This document shows positions 1-12,015 of a stretch of 64,000 nt of DNA, one piece after another. The notes under the pieces are model-generated. The model had not been told where the DNA came from. It made no database searches and saw only the letters and a program-made list of their open reading frames with translations. Position 1 is the stretch's first letter; each line of letters starts with the position of its first letter. The DNA comes from Leucoraja ocellata (Eukaryota), in contig JAWMAR010000446.1 in the NCBI GenBank assembly GCA_036785375.1, forward strand, positions 248,001 to 312,000, written 5' to 3'. The translations under genes were made by a program, and so were the position numbers.

Positions 1-114
1 CATCATCATCATTCCCGCAATAAACAAACCTTCAGCGCTTTGGCTCTGCAGCTTGGAATGGGTGGACTTTTTGAAGAAAGGTTTGCACTGGGAGGTTAGA
101 AGTTGGAAGAAGAG

Positions 115-764
115 TTGGCTTTCATAGCAAGAGGATTTGAGTATAGTAGCAGGGAGGTTCTACTGCAGTTGTACAGGGTCTTGGTGAGACCACACCTGGA
201 ATATTGCGTGCAGTTTTGGTCTCCAAATCTGAGGAAGGACATTATTGCCATAGAGGGAGTGCAGAGAAGGTTCACCAGACTGATTCCTGGGATGTCAGGA
301 CTGTCTTATGAAGAAAGACTGGATAGACTTGGTTTATACTCTCTAGAATTTAGGAGATTGAGAGGGGATCTTATAGAAACTTACAACATTCTTAAAGGGT
401 TGGACAGGCTAGATGCAGGAAGATTGTTCCCGATGTTGGGGAAGTCCAGAACAAGGGGTCACAGCTTAAGGATAAGGGGGAAATCCTTTAAAACCGAGAT
501 GAGGAGAACATTTTTCACACAGAGAGTGGTGAATCTCTGGAACTCTCTGCCACAGAAGGTTGTTGAGGCCAGTTCATTGGCTATATTTAAGAGGGAGTTA
601 GATGTGGCCCTTGTGGCCAAGGGGATCAGAGGGTATGGAGAGAAGGCAGGTACGGGATACTGAGTTGGATGATCAGCCATGATCATATTGAATGGCGGTG
701 CAGGCTCGAAGGGCCGAATGGCCTACTCCTGCACGTAATTTCTATGTTTCTATTCTATGTTTCT
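115..764 (+). mobile_element. CR1-clade LINE, 5'-truncated (ORF2 C-terminus, 3'UTR, tail)
   Basis: ORF 103..663 encodes LVRPHLEYCVQFWSP...YEERLDRLGLYSLEFRRLRGDLIETY...TRGH...FFTQRVVNLWNSLP, typical of the CR1 ORF2 end. Tail of (TTCTATGT)n type. Possible 5-bp TSD AAGAG at 110-114 and 765-769 inside an older CR1 remnant. Confidence 0.95.
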
Positions 765-1067
765 AAGAGACTTGACTGAAATGCATGGGAATCTATTGGG
801 GCTTGACAGTGTGGATGTGGAGAGGATGTTTCCTTCTGTGAGCATATGTGTGGGATCTTGTACATTACAAGGTGTGACATTCCCAGTATTGTTGTTTCTG
901 ATCAGACAGGGGGCTGCAAAAGCTGTACAGTAAGATGTCAGAAGGCTGCAGAGCAATTTAACCCCTGAGGCTTTCATCCTGGATAGCTGTATCAATATGT
1001 ATCAATCACCCTATATAGATAAGGAAGCATGTTCTTAAGCAGTGTATTCTGTAATCTGTTCTGTAAA

Positions 1068-1570
1068 AGTGGCCTGTCGCACTTAGGCAATTTTTTAGGC
1101 GACTGCAAGAGACTATGGAGTCACCACATGTTTGCGGGTGGTTGCCGGGGAGTTGCCTTCATGATCGCGAGGAATTCCCGCATTCTGGGAACTAGTCGCG
1201 GCCTCAATATGGATCGCCGCAAATTATTCAGCGTGGTGCAAAATTAGCGGCAACCAGAATGAAGCCGCCATGGAGAGCAGCGAGAATTCTCGTGCCATAG
1301 GTGGGTCGCCAGGAGGTCCTAGTGGGTTGCTAAGAGATCAAAGGTTCTCATAGGTTCTCGTAGGTTGTAGCCGATGCTGACCGGTGAATTTCATTGGCTC
1401 ATTGGAAAAAAAAACATAGGCAGTAGTTTTCGGAACCAAGGATAACCGACCAGTAATGTTAAATGTCCGCCGAGTTTCACAGCCGTGTATCTCTGGCTTC
1501 TTAAAAGTTCTCGCCACTCCTTCTCCAACCTCCACCCACCCCCCCACCCCTCTTTTAAAGAACTTACCTT
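1068..1570. mobile_element. PIF/Harbinger-type MITE fragment (left terminus only)
   Basis: Starts agtggcctgtcgcactt, similar to the AGGGCCTGTCCCACTT TIR of the complete MITEs at 3402, 35857 and 51692. CpG-rich interior. No right TIR found. Confidence 0.5.
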
Positions 1571-1879
1571 TTTGGTACGATCTGCAGATATTTTTATATT
1601 TTGCCCTGATGTTGTGCTTGATTAAAACAAATTTAAAACTCTACGACTGAACTTGGCAAATCATTGAGAATTCAGTGATCCTACCACAAGAGACCTAGGA
1701 CTCCCTGTTTAAGGTAAGGACTTGTCCAGAGATGAAACATTTGTTTTCTTCTTTTGATGACTATTAGACTTCTCCTTCTCGAAGGGTGGTGAAACCAGAC
1801 TTTAAATGTACTGGTCAGAAATAGATATTTAATAAGCAAAGAAATGAAAGGTTACAGTGAGCAGACAGGAATAGAGAAT

Positions 1880-2005
1880 TTGAAGAAGGGTCCCAACCTG
1901 AAACGTCGCAAGTCCATTCCCTCCTCAGATGCTGCCTGCCTTGCTGAGTTCCTCCAGCACTTTGTGTTTTGTTCAGGATTTTAACATCTGCAGTTCCTCG
2001 CATCT
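1880..2005 (+). mobile_element. Penelope-like element 3' terminal repeat with degenerate hammerhead core
   Basis: ttgaagaagggtcccaacctgaaacgtc followed by the window-wide repeat ...agatgctgcctg...gagttcctccagcactttgtg...catctgcagttcct. Confidence 0.7.
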
Positions 2006-2244
2006 CAATAGAGAGTTGAGGTTGCATTTTGTCCCCAGGGTGGAAATATCAAGCACTAGATGACATAACTTCATAGGGACAGGGGCAAAGTTTAAAGCAG
2101 ATATGAGGGGCCATTTTTAAGAAAATGGTGTGTGCCTGGAACACGCTGCCAGGGTTAGACGCAGAGGCAAATACAATAATGGCTTTTAAGAGGCTTTTAA
2201 ATAGGTATAAATATATGGATCACCTGCTGGCAGAAGACTTTAGA

Positions 2245-2550
2245 CTTTAAATGTGCAGTATGGAAACAGGCCTTTCAGCCCATCGAGTTCACACCAACCA
2301 GTGGTCAACATGTACACCACCAATATTTTACACACTAGGGAAAAATTATAACTTTCCATAAGCCAATTAACCTACAATTAACCCTGTACTTCTTTGAAGT
2401 GTGGGAGGAAACCGGAAATCCTGGAGAAAACCCACGTGGTCACCAGGAGAAGGGACAAACTCTGTACAGACAGCACCTGTGGTCAGCATCAAACCCGGGT
2501 CTCTGGCGTTGACAGGCTGAAACTCTACCGCTGCACCACTGTGCTGCCCT
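2245..2550 (-). mobile_element. HE1-type tRNA-derived V-SINE
   Basis: Reverse complement of tRNA-like head (ggcagcacagtggtgcagcggtagag...cccgggtttgatgctg), central ggtttcctcccaca domain and CR1-like tail ctgaaaggcctgtttcc. Confidence 0.8.
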
Positions 2551-3401
2551 AAATGAAAAAGATTAGTATAACTTGGCATTATGTTCAGCATTAACATTAT
2601 GGGCCGAAGGGCCTGTTCCTGCTCTGTGCAGTTCAGCTCTTCAACCTTGCAAACAGATCTGCCTTGATCTTATTAAATAGTGGATGGGACTTGAGGGACT
2701 ATTACAGTCCCTGATTAATACGCTAATGGACATTTAGCTATGCGAATGACATTATATAACTGGTGGCTGCTATTTATTGGAAGAAGTAATTTCATGTGCA
2801 AGGCGTTTGTAAGCCGTCAGTGCCAAGTTCCATGAGGCCTCAGCTTTCTCTGGTATTTTTCATCATGAAAGAGAGGTTTGACAAGTTCTCTTCAGAGGAG
2901 AGTTTCTCCCGTAGAAGGAATAACATGAATGTTTTAAGGTATGGTTTCCGGGCAGTTAATTGCGTTGTGTACTGGGTGAAAAGCAAGAGAGAAATTTCTG
3001 TCCTACACCCCAACCTGCACTTCTGTTTCCCGTCACTAGGATGATGCCCTCCCCAGTATATAGAGAGCTATCTCGGTAGTTGTGCTGTCTGTTTCATTGT
3101 GCGTTCCTGGGTGAGGGAGAAGTTATTCACTGTCCTCATGATACCCATTTATACAGAACACAAAAATGTACAAGGGCTGTCAGGGTGAACTGCAGATGCT
3201 GCGATCTTGAGCAAAACACAGTGCTGGAGGAACTCAGAGGGTCTGGCAGTATCTGCAGAGGGAATAGACAGATGATTTTGGGTTGCCGTCCTTTTTCAGA
3301 CTGGTAGGTGACGTTTAGAGTTGGACTGTTCTTCACAGGGTCCCAACCCAAAATGTCGCCTGCCCATTCCCGCCACAGGTACTCATTGATCCACTGAGTT
3401 A

Positions 3402-3736
3402 AGGGCCTGTCCCACGAGCATGCGACTCCATGCGGCAAGCACGACCTAACCAGAAGCGGGGGCGAGCGAAGTGCGAGCGAAGTCCGCGGGAAGTTCGCGC
3501 GTGACATACGGCGTCGAGGTGGCTGCGGGCCGGCAGGCCGTTGCCGAGCGGAATTTTTGAACACGGTCAGTTTTTCGGAGACCAGCTCCGCACAACTCCA
3601 TACGGCTCCGGGATCGAAGTGGGACCGGCCCCGCGAGGCCGTACGGCTCAAGCGACCACGTTAGGTAGCGCTTGCCGCATGAAGTCGCTTATGTCGCGCT
3701 TGCCGCATGGAGTCGAATGCTCGTGGGACAGGCCCT
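3402..3736. mobile_element. PIF/Harbinger-type MITE, complete
   Basis: TIRs AGGGCCTGTCCCACGAGCAT.CGACTCCATGCGGCAAGC and its reverse complement. 3-bp TSD TTA at 3399-3401 and 3737-3739. Interrupts a Penelope-type repeat (ctgagtta|ctccag). Confidence 0.9.
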
Positions 3737-4462
3737 TTACTCCAGTACTTTGTGTGTTGTTCAAAGAGTAGGCATTAATGCAATGTGGTGAACTGCCAAT
3801 TATTGACCATGTGGAAATTCCTCTTCAGAGTAAAAGCATGTAAAGATGCAGGTGGCTAAATAGTTGTGAGGATATTCATCAATTTCATAGATGTTCAGGA
3901 TAAATAGTGCAAGCATTTTAAATAACCGTATAAGAGAGTTGTAAATATGTCAGCCTTGCTTCAATGTGCTTTTGGAAGGTAAAAGTGGCTCCTTTTACCT
4001 TCTCCGATCTGATAAAGCCATTAAACGCAGCTGAAAAGGAAATTATCAACCTTGTGAAAAACTGCCAGCAAGCTATATTTCTGTTGGGACACTGAACCGG
4101 CCAGATAAACAGAACACCGTTTTGTTCCACAGAAATCATGAAAGGATTTAGTCCATTTTGACTTGCAAGTCACTGCTTCCAAAATAGGCCTTCCCTCAGT
4201 TCACCTGCCAAGAATTATTTTACGCAGAAGGATAAGCATCTGATGTGATATGAACCATTTAGGAGTATCAGGCACGCTTATAATACACTCTTGGAAGGGG
4301 TAATCGGATTTTCTTTATCTTTCCTGAATTAATAAAATGACCAATGGGATAACTTGAATATATACACAGAATTTTTTAATTAAAATTCAAATACTTTGAA
4401 ATAAGTGGAGACTATAAAAAGTTTAGACTGATGGATCCACAAGCCCAAAGGTGTTTTGGAGT

Positions 4463-4700
4463 TACAGTGGCGCAGTGGTAGAGTTGCTGCCTTACAGCGC
4501 CAGATACATGGGTTTGATCCTGACTGCTGGTGCTGTATATATTGAGCTGTACATTCTCCCTGTGACCACATGCGCTATCTCTGGTTTCCTCTAACACCTC
4601 AAAGACATGCAGGTTTGTAGGTTAATTGGCTTCTGTAAATTGGCTTCTGTAAATAACATAGAACTAGTGTGAATGGATGATCGATGGTCGATGTCAACGC
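4463..4700 (+). mobile_element. HE1-type V-SINE
   Basis: tRNA-like A/B boxes (cagtggcgcagtggtagag...gggtttgatcc), V-domain, gtttgtaggttaattggc. Confidence 0.8.
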
Positions 4701-5040
4701 TGCCCTGACCCAAAACATCGTCTGTTCATTCCCTCCCCAGATGCTGCCTGACCCATTGAGTTACTCAAGCACTTAGCGTTTTGCTCAAGATTCCTACATC
4801 TGCAGTCTCTTGTGTCTAAATAGACCAGCGGCTGAGGAAAGGTTCTGACCCAAAATATCACCTATTCTTTTTCTCCAGAGATGCTGCCTGACCCACTGAA
4901 TTTCTCCAGCATTTTGTGTCCAACTTCAGTTACAGGACCAACTGTGTGGGGGTGAAAGTTTGCTCCCCCTGTCTAGAGATTAGTATAGGCTCTGGGCTCT
5001 TATCATTAAATGGTCGCTTTCCATTTCACATCTGTAAACA

Positions 5041-5320
5041 GCGGCAGAGTAGTGCAGTAGTAAAGTTGCTGCCTTACAGTGCCAGAGACCGGGGTTCAAT
5101 TCTGACTATAGGTGTTATCCGTATGGAGTTTGTACTCATTCCTTGTGACTGCTCGGGTTTTCTCCAGGTGCTCTGGTTTCCTCCCACTATAAAAACACGT
5201 ACAGGTTTGTAGGATAATTGGCTTCAGAAAAATAAATTGTATATTGTCCCTAGTGTGCAGGATAGTGTTAGTGTACGGGGATCGCCGAAGGACCTATTTC
5301 CGGGTAAAATCTAAATAAAA
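5041..5320 (+). mobile_element. HE1-type V-SINE
   Basis: gcggcagagtagtgcagtagtaaag...ggggttcaattc head, ggtttcctcccac body, ccgaaggacctatttcc tail. Confidence 0.8.
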
Positions 5321-5400
5321 CATGTCAAGTAGAGGGTTTAACTTTTAACCAGAATGTTGCTGGTCTAATATCATCATTTGTGACGTGACATGTGAGCAAA

Positions 5401-5925
5401 AGCTGCCCAATCAAAATATGAGATGCTGTTCCTCCAATTTGCATTTATAGAGGATGCTATGACAGAGTGGTCAGTGTGGGAATGGGAAGGGGAATTAAAG
5501 TGTTCGGCAACCGGGAGATCAGGTAGGTCCAGGCGGACTGAGGTGGACTAACGTGTTCAGCCTACAACCCAGCGGTATAAATATTGACTTCTCTAACATC
5601 AGGTGGCCCTTACTTTCCCTCTCTCTCCATCCCTTCCCCACCCAAGTCGTACTAGCTGCAAAGTCGTCTTGTTGAGTCTCTTCTCACCTAACACACAGCT
5701 CACAATGGGCTGTTTCCTTTCTCATCGTTACTTTTGTGCATACCTTTCATTCAATTGTTCTATATCTCTCTATATCACCAGCTATATCTCTTGTTTCCCT
5801 TTCCCCTGAGTCTCAGTCTGAACAAGGGTCTCGACCCTAAACGTTACCTATTCCTTTTCTCCAGGGATGCTGCCTGACCCGCTGAGCGACGGTTTAAAGC
5901 AGCATCAGCATTTTCATTCTTACAC
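5401..5925. mobile_element. Penelope-like element 3' fragment with internal inversion (GIY-YIG C-terminus, 3'UTR, hammerhead remnant)
   Basis: Minus strand 5401-5543 encodes SVRLDLPDLPVAEHFNSPSHSHTDHSV and KLEEQHLIF*LGS. Plus strand from ~5558 continues SLQPSGINIDFSNIR, then a pyrimidine-rich UTR and ctgaacaagggtctcgaccctaaacgtt. Confidence 0.8.
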
Positions 5926-7629
5926 ACGTGCAGTAGTTTGATTGCTTGAAGGTACAGCACGGGAGCACGCCCTTCAGCCCATCGAACCCACGTTGACCAT
6001 CGATCACCAGTTCACTCGAGTTTTATTTCACTCTGGAGTCAATTTACAGAAGCTGAATAATCTGCACGTTTTTGGGATGTGGGAGGAAACTGTACAGAGT
6101 CACAGTGAGAACGTACAAACTCCACACAGAGAGCACCCTAGGTCAGGATGGAACCCGGATGTCTGGGGCTATGAGGCAACAGCCCACTGCTTAAAATAGA
6201 ATTTCAAGATTAAATTACTGCTACACTTACAATTTCTGTGTTTATTCTGATTCTCTTAAAAACGCAGCATTAGTTATCTCAAAGGCAAAAAGCAATGTAA
6301 TTGGCAGCCGCCAAAATCCTAATGAACTGTTTCCGACACGAGATATGAAGAGGATATAAAACTCTTCACACATAAACCGGAACAGCAGAGCCTCCTTAAA
6401 TATGTGATGATTTATACATTTGTATCCTGCATATTGTTCCCAGGTCCATCCAGCTGCTGCCTTGAAATAGAAATTGATGTTTATGGTGAAGTAAAAATGA
6501 GCCCTCAATGTGATTAGATTTCTATAATAGGTAATTTATTTTGCTAGAATCAAAGTTGACCCTCTGTCTGCAGCCGTGAAAATCCCTGGAGATTATTTTG
6601 GCTGCAATGTGCCTTCAAATGGGAGTCTGCCTTTGTATATCAGAGAATGAGACACTGGTTCAGCTCTTGACTGCATTGGAAAGGTCACTTTCTTTATTAT
6701 GTTTACTAATGTGTTATCATCAGCATCCAGCAATAGGTATTGCTGTTTTTTTTCCTTTATCTGAGCCTCTTTTCAATCAAGAACCTTATTTTTTTTTTGT
6801 AATAAAGAATGAAGGGGAGCTTTTACATTGTAAAACCAAGAGCGCACACTGTGTAGGGGGAGGGGAGGGAAACAGCAACAGCTATTTCTGAACTCCCCTT
6901 TCCATGGAAAACCGCTGGAAACGGATTGGGAATGAGGTGTGGATGTTGCAGTATCCGTAGTAATCAAGCTAATAGCTCAATGTTCGATCCCAGATATTGA
7001 AAAGGTCACAGACAGTTTACTTAGAATGAGCTAAGCAGTTAAATCCTTTGTGATTTATTATTGCTATTTGTAATCAGGTCAAAAATATTGCAAGATCGAT
7101 GATTTGGTAGGATATTCTTATTTTTTGGGCTGCAACATAATATATGATGAAGTAATTGAAAATGAGTGCTAGATAAATAACATCTAATGTAGAGAATGCT
7201 GCAAAAAACATTGGACCATTTAACCATTTGATTTTAAACTGCAGAGACTGCAGATGTAGGAATCTTGAGCTGGAGGAACTCAATGACTCAGGCAGGATCT
7301 GGGGAGGGAATGAACAGCGATGTTTTGGATCAGGGCAGCATTGAAACAACGAGTCCACACCGACCATCGATCATCCATTCACACTAGTTCTATGTTATTT
7401 ACAGAAGCCAATTTACAGAAGCCAATTAACCTACAAACCTGCATGTATTTGGGATGTGGGAGGTAACCGGAGCACCTGGGAAAAAAAGTGAGAACTTGCA
7501 AACTCCGCACAGACAGCACCCATGGTCATCTTAGTCTTGACATATACATAGGAATATAAATATGGTTTTATTAGTCTTTTCCAAAACAATTATGGTGAAG
7601 AAATGGCACAGAATTCATTTATTTATAAT

Positions 7630-8110
7630 ACTAAAAGTAAACACAAAATGCTGGAGTAACTCAATTGGTCAGGTAGCATATCTGGAGAACATGGAGAGGT
7701 GACGTTTCAGCATGAGACCCTTCTACAGACTGGTCACCTCTCCATGTATCCCAGTGAAGCTGCCTGACCTGTTAAGTTATCCATCACTTTGTGTCCTTTT
7801 GCCTCTCCTCCACCTCTCTTTCCCAGCTTTCACGTCCCTACTAGATGTTATGGGGAGAAGGCAGAAGAATGGGGTTAGGAGGGAGAGATAGATCAGCCAT
7901 GATTGAATGGCGGAGTAGACTTGATGGGCGGAAAGACCTAATTCTACACCTACCACATGACCTTATGACCCATTACTATCAGCCTGAAGAAAGACCCAAT
8001 CCGAAACGTGACCTATCCATATTCTCCAATGACGCTGCCTGACCCGTTGAATTATTCCAGCATTTTGTGTCTATCATTGGAATAGACCAGCATCTGCAGT
8101 TCCTTTGTAT
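7630..8110. mobile_element. Cluster of inverted Penelope-type terminal repeats with an embedded CR1 3' fragment (~7845-7965)
   Basis: Terminal repeat in both orientations (acacaaaatgctggagtaactc... / ...tccagcattttgtgt). CR1 3'UTR ttatggggagaaggcagaagaatggggtt...gatcagccatgattgaatggcgg. Confidence 0.7.
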
Positions 8111-9715
8111 TTCATTTGTAATGCTGTCTGAGTAATGTGATGCTAAAATTTATTACTGAATTTGCATCAGACGTTGAACAAAGCTTTCCCCAACTGCAAT
8201 CACTGTGAGATTGCCTCATGCATTGATTTTTTTGCCACATGTTCATTAGTAGCAATATTTCTCTTCCCTCTGACTCCTTTCTCTCAGCATTTCACTGGGA
8301 AGCCATTGATTGTCTTGATTTGTTATGGCATTCCCACATCTCATAGGAATTCACAGCCATGTTTATTTCTCGAGGCACTCAAAAGTGTCTGAGTTTTTCA
8401 AAACATTTTACCATAATTTCTTTATCTCCTCAAGGGATTCATTGTTTTCGGAGGCACCATTACTATAGCTCCGTGTTTCTCGTCATAATTCAGCAGAATC
8501 TGCTCACACCTTCCCACCACTGAGATACCACCGTCACTCACCAGAGGACTGGGCTAAATATATCTTTTCATAATAACTCATTACAACATTCTCGTTTCTT
8601 GCAGGGACCAGCTGTTGCAATCCAAGCTCTTCTGGCATCGTGTAATGTGGAAAATCCTTAACTTTGCCCGGTTCGATGTCAGCCAGGGCTCTCCGAGGTG
8701 GTATTTTTGCCTCGGAGGCAGATTGTTCTGAGTTCAAGTCCCGCAACAGGATACCAAAGCTGGCATATCGTGGGGGTAGTAAAAGCTGCATTGTGGAGCT
8801 GCTCTCTTTCAGGCAGCAAATCTGCTTTCCTTAATTTGTTTTACATTAAAACCAGCAATTTCTGAAGCCTTTTTTAAAAAAAAGTCCAAAAAAAAGCCCT
8901 CCCCCCGATGCCCAATTAGCAAGTGTACAGACATAGTCTACTGAGCCCACATGCAAGAGGTGCCACGTTTTGAGACAATTTTCAAAGTCCCCCCCACTCT
9001 AGTTCCAGGCTGTTGCCTGCCCCAGGTATGTAGGTAAATGTGCTTGGTACATGTAAATTGACCCTAGTGTGTGTAGGATTGTGTTAATGTGCGAGGATCG
9101 CTGGTCGCTGCGGACTTGTTGACTAAACGGCCTATTTCCACGCTGTATCTTTAAACTAAACAAAATTAAACTAAACTAAACATCCTTGTAAATAATGTTT
9201 GCACCCTTTCTAGTTTAATGACACCCTTCTTATAGGAGGGTGACCAGTACTGTACACAGATCTCCAAATGTGGCCTTACCAATGTCTTGCACAGCTGTAA
9301 CTTCGAAGAGTAGAAATAAGTTACTGCAGATTTTGGTTTCCAGATGAAGACACAAAGTGCTGGAGTAACTCAACGGGTCAGGCAACATCTCTGGAGAACA
9401 CGGATAGGTGACATTTCAGGTTGGGATTCCTCTTCAGACTGATGAATAACCCATTACGTTCCTCCAGCACTTTGTGTCTATACTGTAACTTGGTGGCCCA
9501 AGTCCTGTACTCATGACAGGTACAAGATACTTTTGGCTTTCTCTGTAAGTTTGTGCCTTGGTTTATGCATCTCAAGGTAAAATGGTAAAACATTTTCACC
9601 TCAGCAGCGAAGAAACTAAATTGCCTCAAATATTTCAGTAACATACAGCCCAGCTGAGTCTAATGAGATATCCGTGTAGAAAGGAACTTAGCAGGTTATG
9701 CCACCCCCTATCAGT

Positions 9716-9743
9716 CTGAAGAAGGGTTTTGGCCCGAAACGTT
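9716..9743 (+). ncRNA. Minimal type I hammerhead ribozyme core (Penelope-associated)
   Basis: CTGAAGA-A-GGGT(TTTG)GCCC-GAAA-CG-TT: CUGANGA box, 4-bp helix II, GAAA box, palindromic ACGU in place of helix III, UH site. Confidence 0.65.
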
Positions 9744-10297
9744 GCCTATTTCCTTCGCTCCATATATGCTGCTGCACCCGCTGAGTTTCTCCAGCTTTTT
9801 TGTGTACCTTCCATTTTCCAGCATCTGCAGTTCCTTCTTAAACACAAGGGACTACAGATGCTAGTTTAAACCAAAGATAGACACAAAATGCTAGAGTAAC
9901 TCAGCGGGTCAGGCAGCATTTGAAGAAGGGTCTCGACACAAAGCATCACCTATTCCTTTTCTCCAGTGATGCTGTCTGATCCACTGAGTTACTCAAGCTT
10001 TTTGTGTCTATTGAATGAAATATCCAACAGATTTCCCAATAAACGTCCACATACATTATAATCTACTGATTGCAATTACAATCAACGCAGTGAACATATG
10101 GAATCCTGTCATGTTTAAAACATTATTATTGAATTTCCAGCCAGATGTTTTTCAAAGGAAACCCAGTCAATCTTCCTCGTTGTTGCGTCATGCACATTGG
10201 ATATTAAATTTGTTCATCATGCTGTCAAGATATTTCTTTATGTCAAGGAATGGCAACTTGGATTATGTAGTTCTGGATACGTTTGGTTATCAGCAAT

Positions 10298-10433
10298 TTT
10301 GATGAGTAACTCTGAAGAAGGGTCTGAAGGAGGGTTTCGGCCCAAAATGTTGCCTATTTCCTTCGCTCCATAGATGCTGCTGCACCCGCTGAGTTTCTCC
10401 AGCATTTTTGTGTACCTTTGATGAGTAACTCTG
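10298..10433 (+). mobile_element. Short Penelope-type insertion with 17-bp TSD
   Basis: TTTGATGAGTAACTCTG at 10298-10314 and 10417-10433 flanks a partly duplicated hammerhead motif plus terminal repeat. Confidence 0.75.
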
Positions 10434-10697
10434 TGGGTCAGGTAGCATCTCAGGTGAAAAAGGATGGGTGGTGTTTCGGGTCAGAACCTTTCTTCATACC
10501 GAAAGTAGAGCTACACGCAGGGTATATTCTCCAGGGATGCTACCTATCCCGCTAAATTACTCCAGCACTTTGTGTCTTTTTTTTTTGTAAAACATAATCT
10601 GCCCTCCCTTGTTTCTACATGAGATGAAATTGGCTCTATCTCTGATGGTAGGGATGTTGCTGAGAGATAGCACCTTATGATGATGCGTTTCCTAAAG

Positions 10698-11015
10698 CTC
10701 AGATCAGATTCAGATTCAGATTCAGATTCAATTTAATTGTCATTGTCAGTGTACAGTACAGAGACAATGAAATGCATTAAACTGATAGGGATCCAGTGTG
10801 GGGGGTAGGCAGCTTTTGAGGTGTGCCAGGACCAGCCTCTCGAAGCACTTGGTGATGATGGGGGTAAGTGCAACTGGGCGGAAGTCGTTGAGGCTTGCCG
10901 CAGTGGAGTGTTTTGGCACTGGCACGATGGAGGTGGCTTTAAGGCAAGTGGGGACAACTGCTTGGGCAAGTGACAGGTTGAAGATGTCAGTCCAGACGTC
11001 TGTCAGCTGCGCAGC
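10698..11015 (-). mobile_element. Rex1/Babar LINE, internally deleted copy of the 22.6-24.9 kb element
   Basis: (CTGAAT)n tail and 3' end near-identical to 22642-22711, fused at 10778/10779 to RT sequence near-identical to 23850-24086. Confidence 0.9.
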
Positions 11016-11759
11016 TGCCTCCCTTCTCCTGCATGCAACGCATGTGTGACTTTGTTGAGATGGATCGAACCCAGGTCTCCGGCGCTGTGAGACAGCAGCT
11101 CTATCAGCTTCACAAATTGAGTCATTCAATGCAATAGCACTCCCGTTCTACAAAGAAACTTCCGTTTGTGTTGTGACTTACCGGACCACAGAGTGATTTG
11201 CAGTCCAATAAATATTTTGCAAGTGTAATAACTCTTGTAACCTCGGGAAACATCTCCGGCCAATGTGCATGTAGTCAGTCAAGAGTGTTTAATTGTCAAA
11301 TATATGGGCAATTGAGCAATGAAGTTCAGACGTTGTTGTTTTACAGGCCTTTTAATGCAATTACACAAATAGGTACGCAATAATCAATAATACAATGAAT
11401 GAATAGTCAGTAATATTGGGTAATCAGACCAAAATAGTGCAAAACTAAAGTCACCAGGGCAACCAAGACAAGGTTTATCGTAGAACATCGTTTCTGAAGT
11501 TGTTAGTGGCCTCACAAATATCAATTAGGTTGTGAACTGTTAGTCACAGGATTAGTATTAGCCCATACACAAGGTAAAAGCTATCAGCTCTTCTCTGACA
11601 AGCACAACAAGATCTTTGATGTCCTTTTGATGGATCTGTTATAGGATAATCTTGGTTTCGAAATTCCATACTTCCTTCCAACATAAGCAACCATTTTGGC
11701 CCTTCAAGTCTCTGTCTGCTCAACCAGAATTCCTATTGCTCTTGGGTGTCACAGGTGTA

Positions 11760-12015
11760 CAGTGACCCGGGTTCGATCCTGACTACGGGTGCTGTCTGTA
11801 CACAGTTTGTACCTTCTCCCAGCGACCGCATGGGGTTCCTCTGGCTTCTCCGGTTTCCTTCCACACTCCAAAGACTTGCCGGTTTGTCGATTAATTGGCT
11901 TCTGGAAATTGTCCCTAGTTTGTAAGATAGAACTAGTGTATGGTGATCTCTGGCCGGCGAGGTGGGCTGAAGGGCCTGTTGCCACGCTGTATCACTGAAC
12001 ATGAACTTAACTAAA
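11760..12015 (+). mobile_element. HE1-type V-SINE
   Basis: cccgggttcgatcctgactacgggtgctgtctgt...ccggtttccttccacactcc...gggctgaagggcctgttgcc. Confidence 0.85.

Noticed and set aside
8534-8791. Repeat-free ORF with nearby splice-like signals
   Set aside because: No recognisable domain, and the signals lie on opposite strands without a consistent exon.
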